Source of the DNA: a virus
Taxonomy: Duplodnaviria; Caudoviricetes
IMG/VR virus record: IMGVR_UViG_3300027708_000013
Direction: 5' to 3' (one strand)
DNA length: 64,000 nt
Positions within the stretch are counted from its first letter, which is position 1; every line of letters starts with the position of its first letter. This document shows positions 44,007 to 52,056 of the stretch, piece by piece. The notes below the pieces were generated by a model. It worked only from the letters and a program-made list of their open reading frames with translations, searched no databases and had not been told where the DNA came from. Position numbers and translations under genes: made by a program.

Positions 44007-46676
44007 TTATTCAAATGTAAACAAACTGTCAAATGTAGTTTTAATGTCAGTGGCTTCAGCAATGCCCCACTCCAGCACACCCAACAAATTTTCCACCTTT
44101 TGATCCACAATGGTCACTTCCATGAGGTCGTTGTCAAATGGCAAGTTTTTAAACCAGTCGGGAATGTGACTTTCATCTGTGGGATAGCCCACCGACGTAT
44201 AGCCCAAAGGATTGTCCTTTAATTTACACACAATGGTTTTCATACCATCCACAATACTCATGGAATAGTTGTCACTCATCATGCGTTTTAAGTTGTTCCA
44301 ATTCATTGCAGCTCTAACATGTCCTGGCATGTTGGCCTTGCCCAAGCGTTTTTCTTCGGCTGTGTATTTGGTTAGATTGTTTACACGTTTGGGTGTACCT
44401 TTTTCCCAGGCCGGACGTTCAGCAAATTCAATCTTGAATTCTCTAACTCTATCCACCACACGTTGTCTAACATCTCCGGTGCCGGTGAGTACTTCCAATA
44501 AAATTTCACTGAGAAACTCCTGCACAATCTTGGGAGTATCACTGCGTTTCAAATCCAAGCCCATGGCCTTGACCTTACCCGGCCGACCCATGACATCCTG
44601 TCGCTTGCCTTCTTTATCATAGATCAACACAGCATAGCGTTTCTTTTTAATGAACAATCCTTTACTTGCTACCAGTTCTCTGCCACCTAGAATAATAGCA
44701 CCCATGTCTCTGGGGCAGTGACAAGCACGTTCCATGAACGCTGGGAAACTTTCATTTACACTTTGGGCAATGGTGTCGTACAGTTGTACGCAGATTTCCC
44801 GCGACCATTCCATTCTACCCGCCGCAACTTCCTCTTTGACTGCGGGCCACGCTGAGAAGTATACCGAGTCGGTGTCGCCGTATATAATCGACGAGCCCAC
44901 ATGGTCGTATTCGCCTGTAATGGCTTCATTAACATGTGCATCCATGTGCCTTGCAATGATGCGGCCAGTGAGTGTCGTGCTCTGACCAATGCGGTGGTCG
45001 AAGAACCTGCAACCCGGGTTGAGGATCGCACCGTAGAGGCTGTTGAGGTTGATTTTTTTGACCAACTGTCGTTTGTCCCAGAACGCAACATCTTCCGGAG
45101 TTTCTGCGGCTTCCTTTTTGGCTTGTAAGTCTTTTCGTTCGGCATACCATCTCTCCAGTAATCCAGGAATAATTCCTTTGGTGTCGTATCTAAATATTGT
45201 ACCATTGGCACTGAGTGTCCATGGTTGTCTGCTGTCAAAGATCATTCGCCATACTTCAGCGGCCGAGTGTACAGTACTTTTGCCCGAGTCCTCCCAGTCA
45301 ATGGTGATTTCTGTGCCGGGTTCGGCATTCATCACAGCAGTGTATTCCACACTACCAAACATGTTTTCCCAAGCATCAGCAAAACTACTGCCTGAGGCTA
45401 TTTTATCCCCAATGTATCTATCTGTCATGATGGGACGCAGTTGAGCCACAACAGTTTCTGGACCCATGTTGAGTGCTCGAATGGCTGAGGGATACAAACT
45501 GTTGATGTCTATGGCACCAATGTATTCGTGTACACCGCGTTTGGGATAGGCCACATAAGCACCTGCGGCTTGACTGTTGACTTCTTCGTCACGTCCTCTA
45601 CGGTTGGGGGCAATCATGCCACGACTGTGTGCTTCGTTGATGATGGCCTGTTCAGTAACAGCCACAGCACCCATTGTGGTGGGCAACAACACTGTGTTGT
45701 CATGTGCCAGTTCATTGGCTAGATCCAAGTAACGTAATTTCTTATCCAGTTTGGCCAACAAGGCCACGTCCTGACGATTGTAGTCTATGAACTTTTCAAA
45801 CTCTCTGTTGTACAGTTGATCCAAGGTGCCTTCGTAGGCAGTTTTATTGCCCACTTCTTCGTATTCGCCAATGGCATCTAAACTGTAACTGTGACGTTCT
45901 TCATAGGTGTATTTTCTATACAACTGCATATAGTCCATATGCACACGACCTATCAAATCAAATGTCAATTGTTCGGCACCAAAGCGTTCAAATGTTCGCT
46001 GTTTGGGAAACTGTCCCCACAAGCACAGGCGTCGTGTGTCGTCTTTGCTCAACACACGATTGATACGCATGGTGGTGTAGGGAATATCATATCCCTCACT
46101 ATTCCACCCGCTCAAGATGTCGGCATCGTCAATGATGTCCAGGAATGTGTTCAACATGTCTGCTTCACGTTCAAACAAGAAACAGTTGTCAAATTTACGG
46201 CAAATTTCTTCTGCCGATTGCCATGAGTAACTCCGGGGTGGCACCACTAGAGTAACCATCCGGTCCATCCAGTCCATGTACACTGATATTGAAGTGATGG
46301 CGTTGAATGGATCATCCGGCTTGGAATAGCCACGCTCGGGATCAAAGTCCACTTCAATATCAAAAAAGGCTGTGTGTAATCTGGGTGAAGCCACGCCGAG
46401 ATAGTTTTCCTCTAGGCAACGAAATATGGGATTGATATCGCTTTCCCACAGTTGCTTGTTGGAGTTTATGCGTAGTTCTTTTTGGAATTCTTTATTGTTA
46501 CGTGTGGTAAAACGGCTCACAGGTGTACCGTAGATGGTTCGATGTTTGCCCTTGGGGTCATCATAATACAGGGTGTAGTTGGCTGGATATTCTCGATAAA
46601 CTCGCTCACCTGCAACTCGTTCTACCACATGAATACGATCTTTATTGCGATCAAACAATGCGTCAATATAGCTGAT
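44007..46676 (-). CDS. Family B DNA polymerase (T4 gp43-like)
   Basis: Exo FFDIEVDF, GWNSEGYD, YNRQD; pol DINSLYPS, KINLNSLYG, YGDTDS, KKRYA. Probable start is ATC 46676 after AAGGAG. Confidence 0.97.
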   Translation of the reverse strand: MSYIDALFDRNKDRIHVVERVAGERVYREYPANYTLYYDDPKGKHRTIYGTPVSRFTTRNNKEFQKELRINSNKQLWESDINPIFRCLEENYLGVASPRLHTAFFDIEVDFDPERGYSKPDDPFNAITSISVYMDWMDRMVTLVVPPRSYSWQSAEEICRKFDNCFLFEREADMLNTFLDIIDDADILSGWNSEGYDIPYTTMRINRVLSKDDTRRLCLWGQFPKQRTFERFGAEQLTFDLIGRVHMDYMQLYRKYTYEERHSYSLDAIGEYEEVGNKTAYEGTLDQLYNREFEKFIDYNRQDVALLAKLDKKLRYLDLANELAHDNTVLLPTTMGAVAVTEQAIINEAHSRGMIAPNRRGRDEEVNSQAAGAYVAYPKRGVHEYIGAIDINSLYPSAIRALNMGPETVVAQLRPIMTDRYIGDKIASGSSFADAWENMFGSVEYTAVMNAEPGTEITIDWEDSGKSTVHSAAEVWRMIFDSRQPWTLSANGTIFRYDTKGIIPGLLERWYAERKDLQAKKEAAETPEDVAFWDKRQLVKKINLNSLYGAILNPGCRFFDHRIGQSTTLTGRIIARHMDAHVNEAITGEYDHVGSSIIYGDTDSVYFSAWPAVKEEVAAGRMEWSREICVQLYDTIAQSVNESFPAFMERACHCPRDMGAIILGGRELVASKGLFIKKKRYAVLIYDKEGKRQDVMGRPGKVKAMGLDLKRSDTPKIVQEFLSEILLEVLTGTGDVRQRVVDRVREFKIEFAERPAWEKGTPKRVNNLTKYTAEEKRLGKANMPGHVRAAMNWNNLKRMMSDNYSMSIVDGMKTIVCKLKDNPLGYTSVGYPTDESHIPDWFKNLPFDNDLMEVTIVDQKVENLLGVLEWGIAEATDIKTTFDSLFTFE

Positions 46677-46683
46677 GATAATT

Positions 46684-46740
46684 CTCCTTGAGTGTGACTT
46701 TGAGCTCACACAGCTCTACATGTTCGTAAGTGAACGACTC
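46684..46740 (-). promoter_or_regulatory. Structured 5' leader of the polymerase gene, candidate translational operator
   Basis: Hairpins GTTC/GAAC and GAGCT/AGCTC, alternative GTGTGA/TCACAC and outer GAGT/ACTC, directly before the SD. Confidence 0.55.
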
Positions 46741-46744
46741 TATA

Positions 46745-47050
46745 TTATACTGTTTTACTTATCATGTGAACAAGACCTATAATATCAATAGTAACAAGGA
46801 GGCAGTAATTAGCCAACATACCAAAGCTACCACGAGTCCAGCTTGCCCAAGCGTACATGCAACATCCTGAAATCCAAAAAGGGTACATGAAGAGGAGAGG
46901 AGGATTAGGTACAGTAAGGGCCATAGTAATGCTACAACCCACACTGATAGCCCAAGCCAAAATTTCAATACAGAACCTAAGTGGCCACTGTTGATAGTCT
47001 CTTTTAGCCCACTGATAAAGTTCGACGATGACATTGGCTACATGACCCAT
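46745..47050 (-). CDS. Small membrane protein
   Basis: Three hydrophobic segments; TAATG coupling. Confidence 0.7.
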   Translation of the reverse strand: MGHVANVIVELYQWAKRDYQQWPLRFCIEILAWAISVGCSITMALTVPNPPLLFMYPFWISGCCMYAWASWTRGSFGMLANYCLLVTIDIIGLVHMISKTV

Positions 47051-47310
47051 TAAAGAGTGTGGCCTGCTGTTTCTAAAATCTCATTCAATTCCTCGTGATC
47101 GGCATTGGTGTCAGTGAGTTTTGATTTTTGAGCAATTTTGATGGCTTTTTTCAACAGTGCTGGTTTGAGTTCTAATTCTTCGGCAATGGCCTTGACTGTT
47201 TCGCTCAAGCCTTCATTCAGTGCTTCAATTTCGGTAAGCACAGCAATACCTTCGTTGAACACTTGTTGTAATTTTGCACGTTGTTCGGCACTAAACATTC
47301 TTGATGTCAT
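47050..47310 (-). CDS. dsbA: dsDNA-binding protein, T4 DsbA/GapR-like
   Basis: 86 aa helical pattern (LNEGLSETVKAIAEELEL...LKKAI); SD AGGAGA. Confidence 0.65.
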   Translation of the reverse strand: MTSRMFSAEQRAKLQQVFNEGIAVLTEIEALNEGLSETVKAIAEELELKPALLKKAIKIAQKSKLTDTNADHEELNEILETAGHTL

Positions 47311-47371
47311 AAAATTCTCCTGTTGTGATTAATATGTTATTGTATATTATAAAAGTTGAAAAAGCAAAGAA

Positions 47372-47468
47372 TATTTGCTCGTTTTAGGGAGTTTTGGGCA
47401 CGACTCCTACTCCTCCCAGGCCAGCAGCCGGCCACACCAAAACCACAAGGGTCCTAAGGTAGGTGTTC
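47372..47468 (-). ncRNA. Unassigned GC-rich structured intergenic element
   Basis: Stems ACACC/GGTGT, ACC/GGT, GGCCGG/CTGGCC and GGAGT/ACTCC; possible CCTAC/GTAGG pseudoknot. Confidence 0.5.
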
Positions 47469-47474
47469 TTTACG

Positions 47475-48995
47475 CTAGTAGATACTGATGGGATCCACTA
47501 TGACCAACTGTCCGTTGGCACGTCTTCTAATATTTTCAATCTGACCCAAATCCAAATTATAACCTTTGGGTCCAACTAGACCCTCAATGATCGCTTCGGT
47601 GGCATATATTAGGCCATCCAATTCTTGTTCGCTGATGCCGGAGGGTCTTGGTTTATTCATCATGAACGCATTTACCCCCAGCTGACCGCGTGCCATGGCT
47701 GTCATTAAATCCTCAATGTACTCTAGAGTAGCTTCTTCACTGGCCACATACTCCAAATACTCTGTTTCGTACACAAAATAAGTTTCTTCGCCCAGCTGAA
47801 AATCTCCTGAATTGTATATTCGTGGATAATGTGGGTTGCGTTGATTGCGTTGAAAAAACTCCACATAGTCACGCACAGCTTGTTCTCTATCACCATCACC
47901 CACACCCAGCACCTTGACTATGGTGTTTCTTGGACTTTTGAAAACTATTTGATCCCGCCCTTCACCCACGTACTTGTAGCCTTTTGAAAAGAAATAATCC
48001 TGTATTCTTTCGCTCACTTCAAGTTCATCTGCATCGTTGACTTCTTTTACTAATTCTTTTTTCTGTTGTTCCCAGATATTTTTACTTGGTTTATGTTTGT
48101 TCCAAAACCCAGCACCAGCCGCAGTTTGTGAAGGATTACGGCGTATTTTATATCCTTGATTTTTCATATAGTCATACATGGTGGCAGCAATGCCTTGACC
48201 ACGACAGCGATCATCAACTTCTAAATCTTCTGGTGTAAGATATTCGCCATCAAATGAAAACAGCACATGTCCCAGTTCTTGACCGTCGCTTCTAGCAATA
48301 ACATATATGAGTGGTTCATCATCCGGGTCAGCTATATAACCTTCAATATCATCTTGTGTTTCAATTGAAATATCTATGCCGTTGTAGTGTACAGTTTTGG
48401 CCTCTGCAACAGATTCTCTCGCAAATTCTCTGGCTCTGCCTTCTGGATCCACATGCCAAGCATAGAATCTTGTGTCGGGATATTCCTGCTTCAATTCCAT
48501 AAAACTGTTCAAGTTGGGCACAGCATCATCATACATGATGGCCTTGGTGTAACTACCTTGATCTAATAAATCACGTATGATCTTCTTTTTCTTTTCTTCT
48601 GTGGTAGCACCCTGCATGTTGCCGGCACGGTACACATGCACACGACTCATGTCAACACCGTACTTGCGGAACGTGTCTAAAAATAATTCTTTATCATCAA
48701 AGTCAGCTCTGGCCGTCACCATCACAACTCGGTTGCCTGTGGCAATATCGTGCTTGAGTTGATTCATCATGGGAATAATTGGACGCGATTTTTCAAAGAA
48801 TTCTTGTGCGTTTCTAAAGTCCGCAAAGTCAAATTCCTCGCCAGGCTGGAGTCGGTACAGTGTAAAGTCATGACTGTTTAAACTTTTAACTACAGCACCA
48901 TTGCGAATCACATGCACTTGAGTTTGCGTGTGCACCAAGGTGTCGTCTATGTCAAAGACAACTAATTTACTTGGTTGTATTTCATCAGCTCTCAC
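47475..48995 (-). CDS. Modular protein: HAD phosphatase + GNAT + protein-kinase-like domain
   Basis: VFDIDDTL, VTAR, MYDDA; EVDD..RGQGIA; GEGRDQIVF, VKVL, PRIY, EYLE, D...EN...VIVDP. Confidence 0.8.
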   Translation of the reverse strand: MRADEIQPSKLVVFDIDDTLVHTQTQVHVIRNGAVVKSLNSHDFTLYRLQPGEEFDFADFRNAQEFFEKSRPIIPMMNQLKHDIATGNRVVMVTARADFDDKELFLDTFRKYGVDMSRVHVYRAGNMQGATTEEKKKKIIRDLLDQGSYTKAIMYDDAVPNLNSFMELKQEYPDTRFYAWHVDPEGRAREFARESVAEAKTVHYNGIDISIETQDDIEGYIADPDDEPLIYVIARSDGQELGHVLFSFDGEYLTPEDLEVDDRCRGQGIAATMYDYMKNQGYKIRRNPSQTAAGAGFWNKHKPSKNIWEQQKKELVKEVNDADELEVSERIQDYFFSKGYKYVGEGRDQIVFKSPRNTIVKVLGVGDGDREQAVRDYVEFFQRNQRNPHYPRIYNSGDFQLGEETYFVYETEYLEYVASEEATLEYIEDLMTAMARGQLGVNAFMMNKPRPSGISEQELDGLIYATEAIIEGLVGPKGYNLDLGQIENIRRRANGQLVIVDPISIY

Positions 48996-49366
48996 GATTC
49001 AAAAAACTCCGGATGCTGTTCGCCAAAGTCACGCATGAGTACACCGGCTTCAGCATTGGCTTGATTTTCGGCCGCACTGCCTGTGGCTCCATCACCTGGA
49101 TCTAGTTCGTCCTGTTCTCTTTGACGTGCATGCACCAGCTCATGTGCCAGGGTACGTAACACATCAACGGGGTGTCTATCGCCCACAACTAGGTTTATTT
49201 GTTCTGTGTCTAGGTCAAATCCACCAAAGGCAGTGCCAGTGGGTTCACGAAGCAATCGAATTTTGGGAACAGATTTTAATTTTACTTGATCAACAAACCA
49301 AGGCAAGTACTGCCGAACCACTGACACAGTGTCCTGACCTTCAACCAGTATCTCAACAATTTTCAT
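48992..49366 (-). CDS. Zincin-like HExxH protein with CTS-like N-terminus
   Basis: LAHELVH...ENQANA; starts MKIVEILVE. Confidence 0.7.
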   Translation of the reverse strand: MKIVEILVEGQDTVSVVRQYLPWFVDQVKLKSVPKIRLLREPTGTAFGGFDLDTEQINLVVGDRHPVDVLRTLAHELVHARQREQDELDPGDGATGSAAENQANAEAGVLMRDFGEQHPEFFES

Positions 49367-50166
49367 TTTTTATGGCCTGACTTCATGTTGGCACACCATT
49401 GATACATTCGTTTACGTTCTCCCGATGCTGCTTTGGCTTTTTGTTTTAGACTGGTCACCGATCCCTTACAACTGGCACCTGCACGTTTTACACGTCCGGG
49501 ACGACTCTTGCCTCGGACCTTGCCATCGGCAAAGTTTTCTTTTACTACTTGTGCTTGTTGTGCCAATTCTGGAGTCACTGTGAATTCACTGTTGGGTGCC
49601 GAGGCCACACTATCGGTGTACTGTGCTAAATCTTGAGTGGGCACATCTATATAGGTCAATGATCCACCGTACTGTTGTAAAAACGGTAATGCTATGCCCA
49701 CTAAACTGTTGGTAAAAGTTGGATTTTGTCCCACTTCGCCGGGCCTATTGCCGCGCCACAAGCGTGTGTGGCCAGACTCAACAGGAGCCAGTTGACTTTC
49801 AATCTCCTGTGCCTGCTGTATCAAACTTTGAATACGTGGCGTGTCCATGTAACTTTGACCGTTGTAGTTTAATCCAGTGTTTTCTTTTAACTTTTGTTTC
49901 TTAATCCAATTGTCCGGAATGAGATTGTGTGCTTTGACAAAATCATCATGTAGTTTTTGACCTGTTATGTTGTGACTCCGGCAGATTCGTTGCATCATGG
50001 CATCTATGTTTTCATAGTTCATCTCGGTGCCGTTTTTCTTGGCACGTATCAGGGCCGTTTCTAATGCTGCTACTGCTCCATCCTTGGCTGTGCCCTTGGC
50101 GGATAAAGGCTCCATGGGTCCGGAGTATTTGCCTTCTATTAGATCAACGATTTCTAAGATTTTCAT
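49363..50166 (-). CDS. Modular protein with an ADP-ribosyltransferase-like module and basic C-terminal module
   Basis: LWRG...TFT...SEF (R-S/T-E pattern); modules split at LKE/VKE. Confidence 0.6.
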   Translation of the reverse strand: MKILEIVDLIEGKYSGPMEPLSAKGTAKDGAVAALETALIRAKKNGTEMNYENIDAMMQRICRSHNITGQKLHDDFVKAHNLIPDNWIKKQKLKENTGLNYNGQSYMDTPRIQSLIQQAQEIESQLAPVESGHTRLWRGNRPGEVGQNPTFTNSLVGIALPFLQQYGGSLTYIDVPTQDLAQYTDSVASAPNSEFTVTPELAQQAQVVKENFADGKVRGKSRPGRVKRAGASCKGSVTSLKQKAKAASGERKRMYQWCANMKSGHKK

Positions 50167-50243
50167 ACAGGTGCGTAGGGATTCGTTGGTCTATCATCGT
50201 TGGGGTTTTCCTTTTCAGGATACACAGGATAAGGATAGTTCAT
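50163..50243 (-). CDS. 26-aa Pro/Tyr/Asn-rich microprotein
   Basis: MNYPYPVYPEKENPNDDRPTNPYAPV fills the gap exactly, with TGATG and ATGA overlaps. Confidence 0.7.
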   Translation of the reverse strand: MNYPYPVYPEKENPNDDRPTNPYAPV

Positions 50244-51622
50244 CAGCAGTTCCAACGTCGACGTGCTTTACAAATGGCCTTGTCCGGAGTCTTGGCACAC
50301 GAAATATTATGCATCTTCATTTGTCCTCGGCTTCTTGAACAGTAGCTTTTTCTACGCTTTGACGCTTTACTACCACGCTTTAGCTTTGACGGCTTGGTGG
50401 TTACAGCAGTTTTTAATTTTGAACCTGGATGTTCTCTACGATAGGCATTGACAGCTTTTTGACTCATACCTGAAGTGTGATCCCGTTTATTGACCTTTTG
50501 CCAATCTTCTGTGATGGTTTGCTGTGTAACTGCAAACACATACAGTTCGTCATCTGTTAATGATTCTAGGTCTTCCCATATCACTTCGGCATCTACACTG
50601 TTGTGATCAGCCAATCCTTCAATGATGCTTTCAACTAAATCAAACTCTTCGTCCAATTCATCATCATCTTCAGGACCTTCGGTATTCCGTATGTCATTGG
50701 AAATATCCATCATGCTTGCATCCGACATCCTGGACTGGGTCACAGCCCAATCCAACAGCTCTTGGAATTCTGTTTTGTCGGTCAGGATGGCCGGTTCCAA
50801 GGTTTTCAGCTGAGCTATCAGTTGCGGATAACTAGCCAGGGTCTTGATGGCAGTAGCTCTATCCATTTGCCAAGCCTTGATGGTCATGGCCGCACGATAG
50901 GCTGCACGACCCACTGGATCATCATCCAGCTCGCCGTCGTCCCAGTTGTGATCTTCGGGAGGTGCAAATTCCTTTAAGTTGTCTTCCGATACCCCTTGAT
51001 TTTCGTGATCGTTGATCAAATCATGTGCCTGTTGAACAAAAGGCCGATATCTATCTGTCATCTTGTAAGCAAAGTATTTCACTTTTCCATTGAGAAAAAT
51101 ATCACCTTCGAGTATGCCTCGAGCTGAATTGACCATGCAGTCACCCATTTGCTCGCCATCCTCATCGATCACATCAAAATGGTAGTTATAACTGCGTTTG
51201 CCATGGTTCTCAGCTTGTATCCCAGCCGAAACAAGAACCAATTGTGGCATATAGTCCTCGCCAGAGTCTCTGTTAGGAGAAAATTCGTTGAGTCGGTCTT
51301 CTTCAGTGACACTTTCATTGGGCACACATTTACGAACTTGTCCACCGTTCTTGCCCCGCTTGGTTCCTTCGGCATGATGATTTGGCCAGCAACGGGTAAA
51401 ACCGTTGGCGTCTTTTTGACCTTTGGCAATTTCATTGATGTTGCCGTGTGTTTCACACCGACCGCAGTCCGGGCAAGTCATTTCCATCACTTCATGACTT
51501 TCATTATGCTTGCGTTTACCAGCACAGTGAGCCCGTTGACTAAAACCTTTGGGATGACTGCAATTAATACTGTTTTTGTATTTTTGACTCCACTTTTCTG
51601 TTAGTATTTCATTGATTCTCAT
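50243..51622 (-). CDS. Modular virion-type protein with Cys-containing basic modules (C-terminus DUF6321-like)
   Basis: MRINEILTE start; KWS.KYK.SINCS.PKGFSQRAHC, CW...GTK...KCVPNE and AYRREHPGSKLKTAVT...RRRWNC. Confidence 0.75.
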   Translation of the reverse strand: MRINEILTEKWSQKYKNSINCSHPKGFSQRAHCAGKRKHNESHEVMEMTCPDCGRCETHGNINEIAKGQKDANGFTRCWPNHHAEGTKRGKNGGQVRKCVPNESVTEEDRLNEFSPNRDSGEDYMPQLVLVSAGIQAENHGKRSYNYHFDVIDEDGEQMGDCMVNSARGILEGDIFLNGKVKYFAYKMTDRYRPFVQQAHDLINDHENQGVSEDNLKEFAPPEDHNWDDGELDDDPVGRAAYRAAMTIKAWQMDRATAIKTLASYPQLIAQLKTLEPAILTDKTEFQELLDWAVTQSRMSDASMMDISNDIRNTEGPEDDDELDEEFDLVESIIEGLADHNSVDAEVIWEDLESLTDDELYVFAVTQQTITEDWQKVNKRDHTSGMSQKAVNAYRREHPGSKLKTAVTTKPSKLKRGSKASKRRKSYCSRSRGQMKMHNISCAKTPDKAICKARRRWNC

Positions 51623-52056
51623 TTTAATGTACTCCTTAACATCCATGCGTGTTTTCTAAAGGCATCCATTCTTTCAGCAAGAAAATTGCTGAAGCCGTGT
51701 TCACCTGCGGCTTCAGCTTGGTCGTAAACAATCTTTAATATTTTAAACATTTTATCTGCATCGTTCAATAGTTCCGCCACCATCTTCTCTGCCACCCACA
51801 CTGCACTTTCATCTTCAATGCGGGTCAGCATGGCGAATCTACTGTTTGACCCCGGAGCATAAGCACCCAAACTTCGTATTTTCTCAGCGAATTCATCCAC
51901 AGCACCATACACTTCGGTGTAGATGGTTTCAAATAAACTATGTAGTTCTTGAAAGTGTATACCTTCCACGTTCCAGTGGAAGTAGTGACTTTTCAAATAA
52001 AAAGTATAGTGACTGGCAAAGGCTATCTTTGCTGCTTGTGTTAGTTCATCGTTCAT
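51619..52056 (-). CDS. dps: Dps / ferritin-like DNA protection protein
   Basis: HYFHWNVEG..F..LH.LFE.IY, DEFAEKIR, KHAWML. Confidence 0.93.
   Translation of the reverse strand: MNDELTQAAKIAFASHYTFYLKSHYFHWNVEGIHFQELHSLFETIYTEVYGAVDEFAEKIRSLGAYAPGSNSRFAMLTRIEDESAVWVAEKMVAELLNDADKMFKILKIVYDQAEAAGEHGFSNFLAERMDAFRKHAWMLRSTLK

Noticed and set aside
44007-46709. Intein or intron in the DNA polymerase (and in thyX)
   Set aside because: Lengths are normal, motifs are contiguous, and there is no C...HN splice signature or endonuclease insert.
46677-46709. GTG 46709 as the polymerase start
   Set aside because: No SD, buried in a hairpin, and the extension simply translates the real SD (SRRII).
47410-47435. 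SRP 4.5S RNA (CAGG...AGCA on the plus strand)
   Set aside because: There is no GNRA-capped helix between CAGG and AGCA, so domain IV cannot form.
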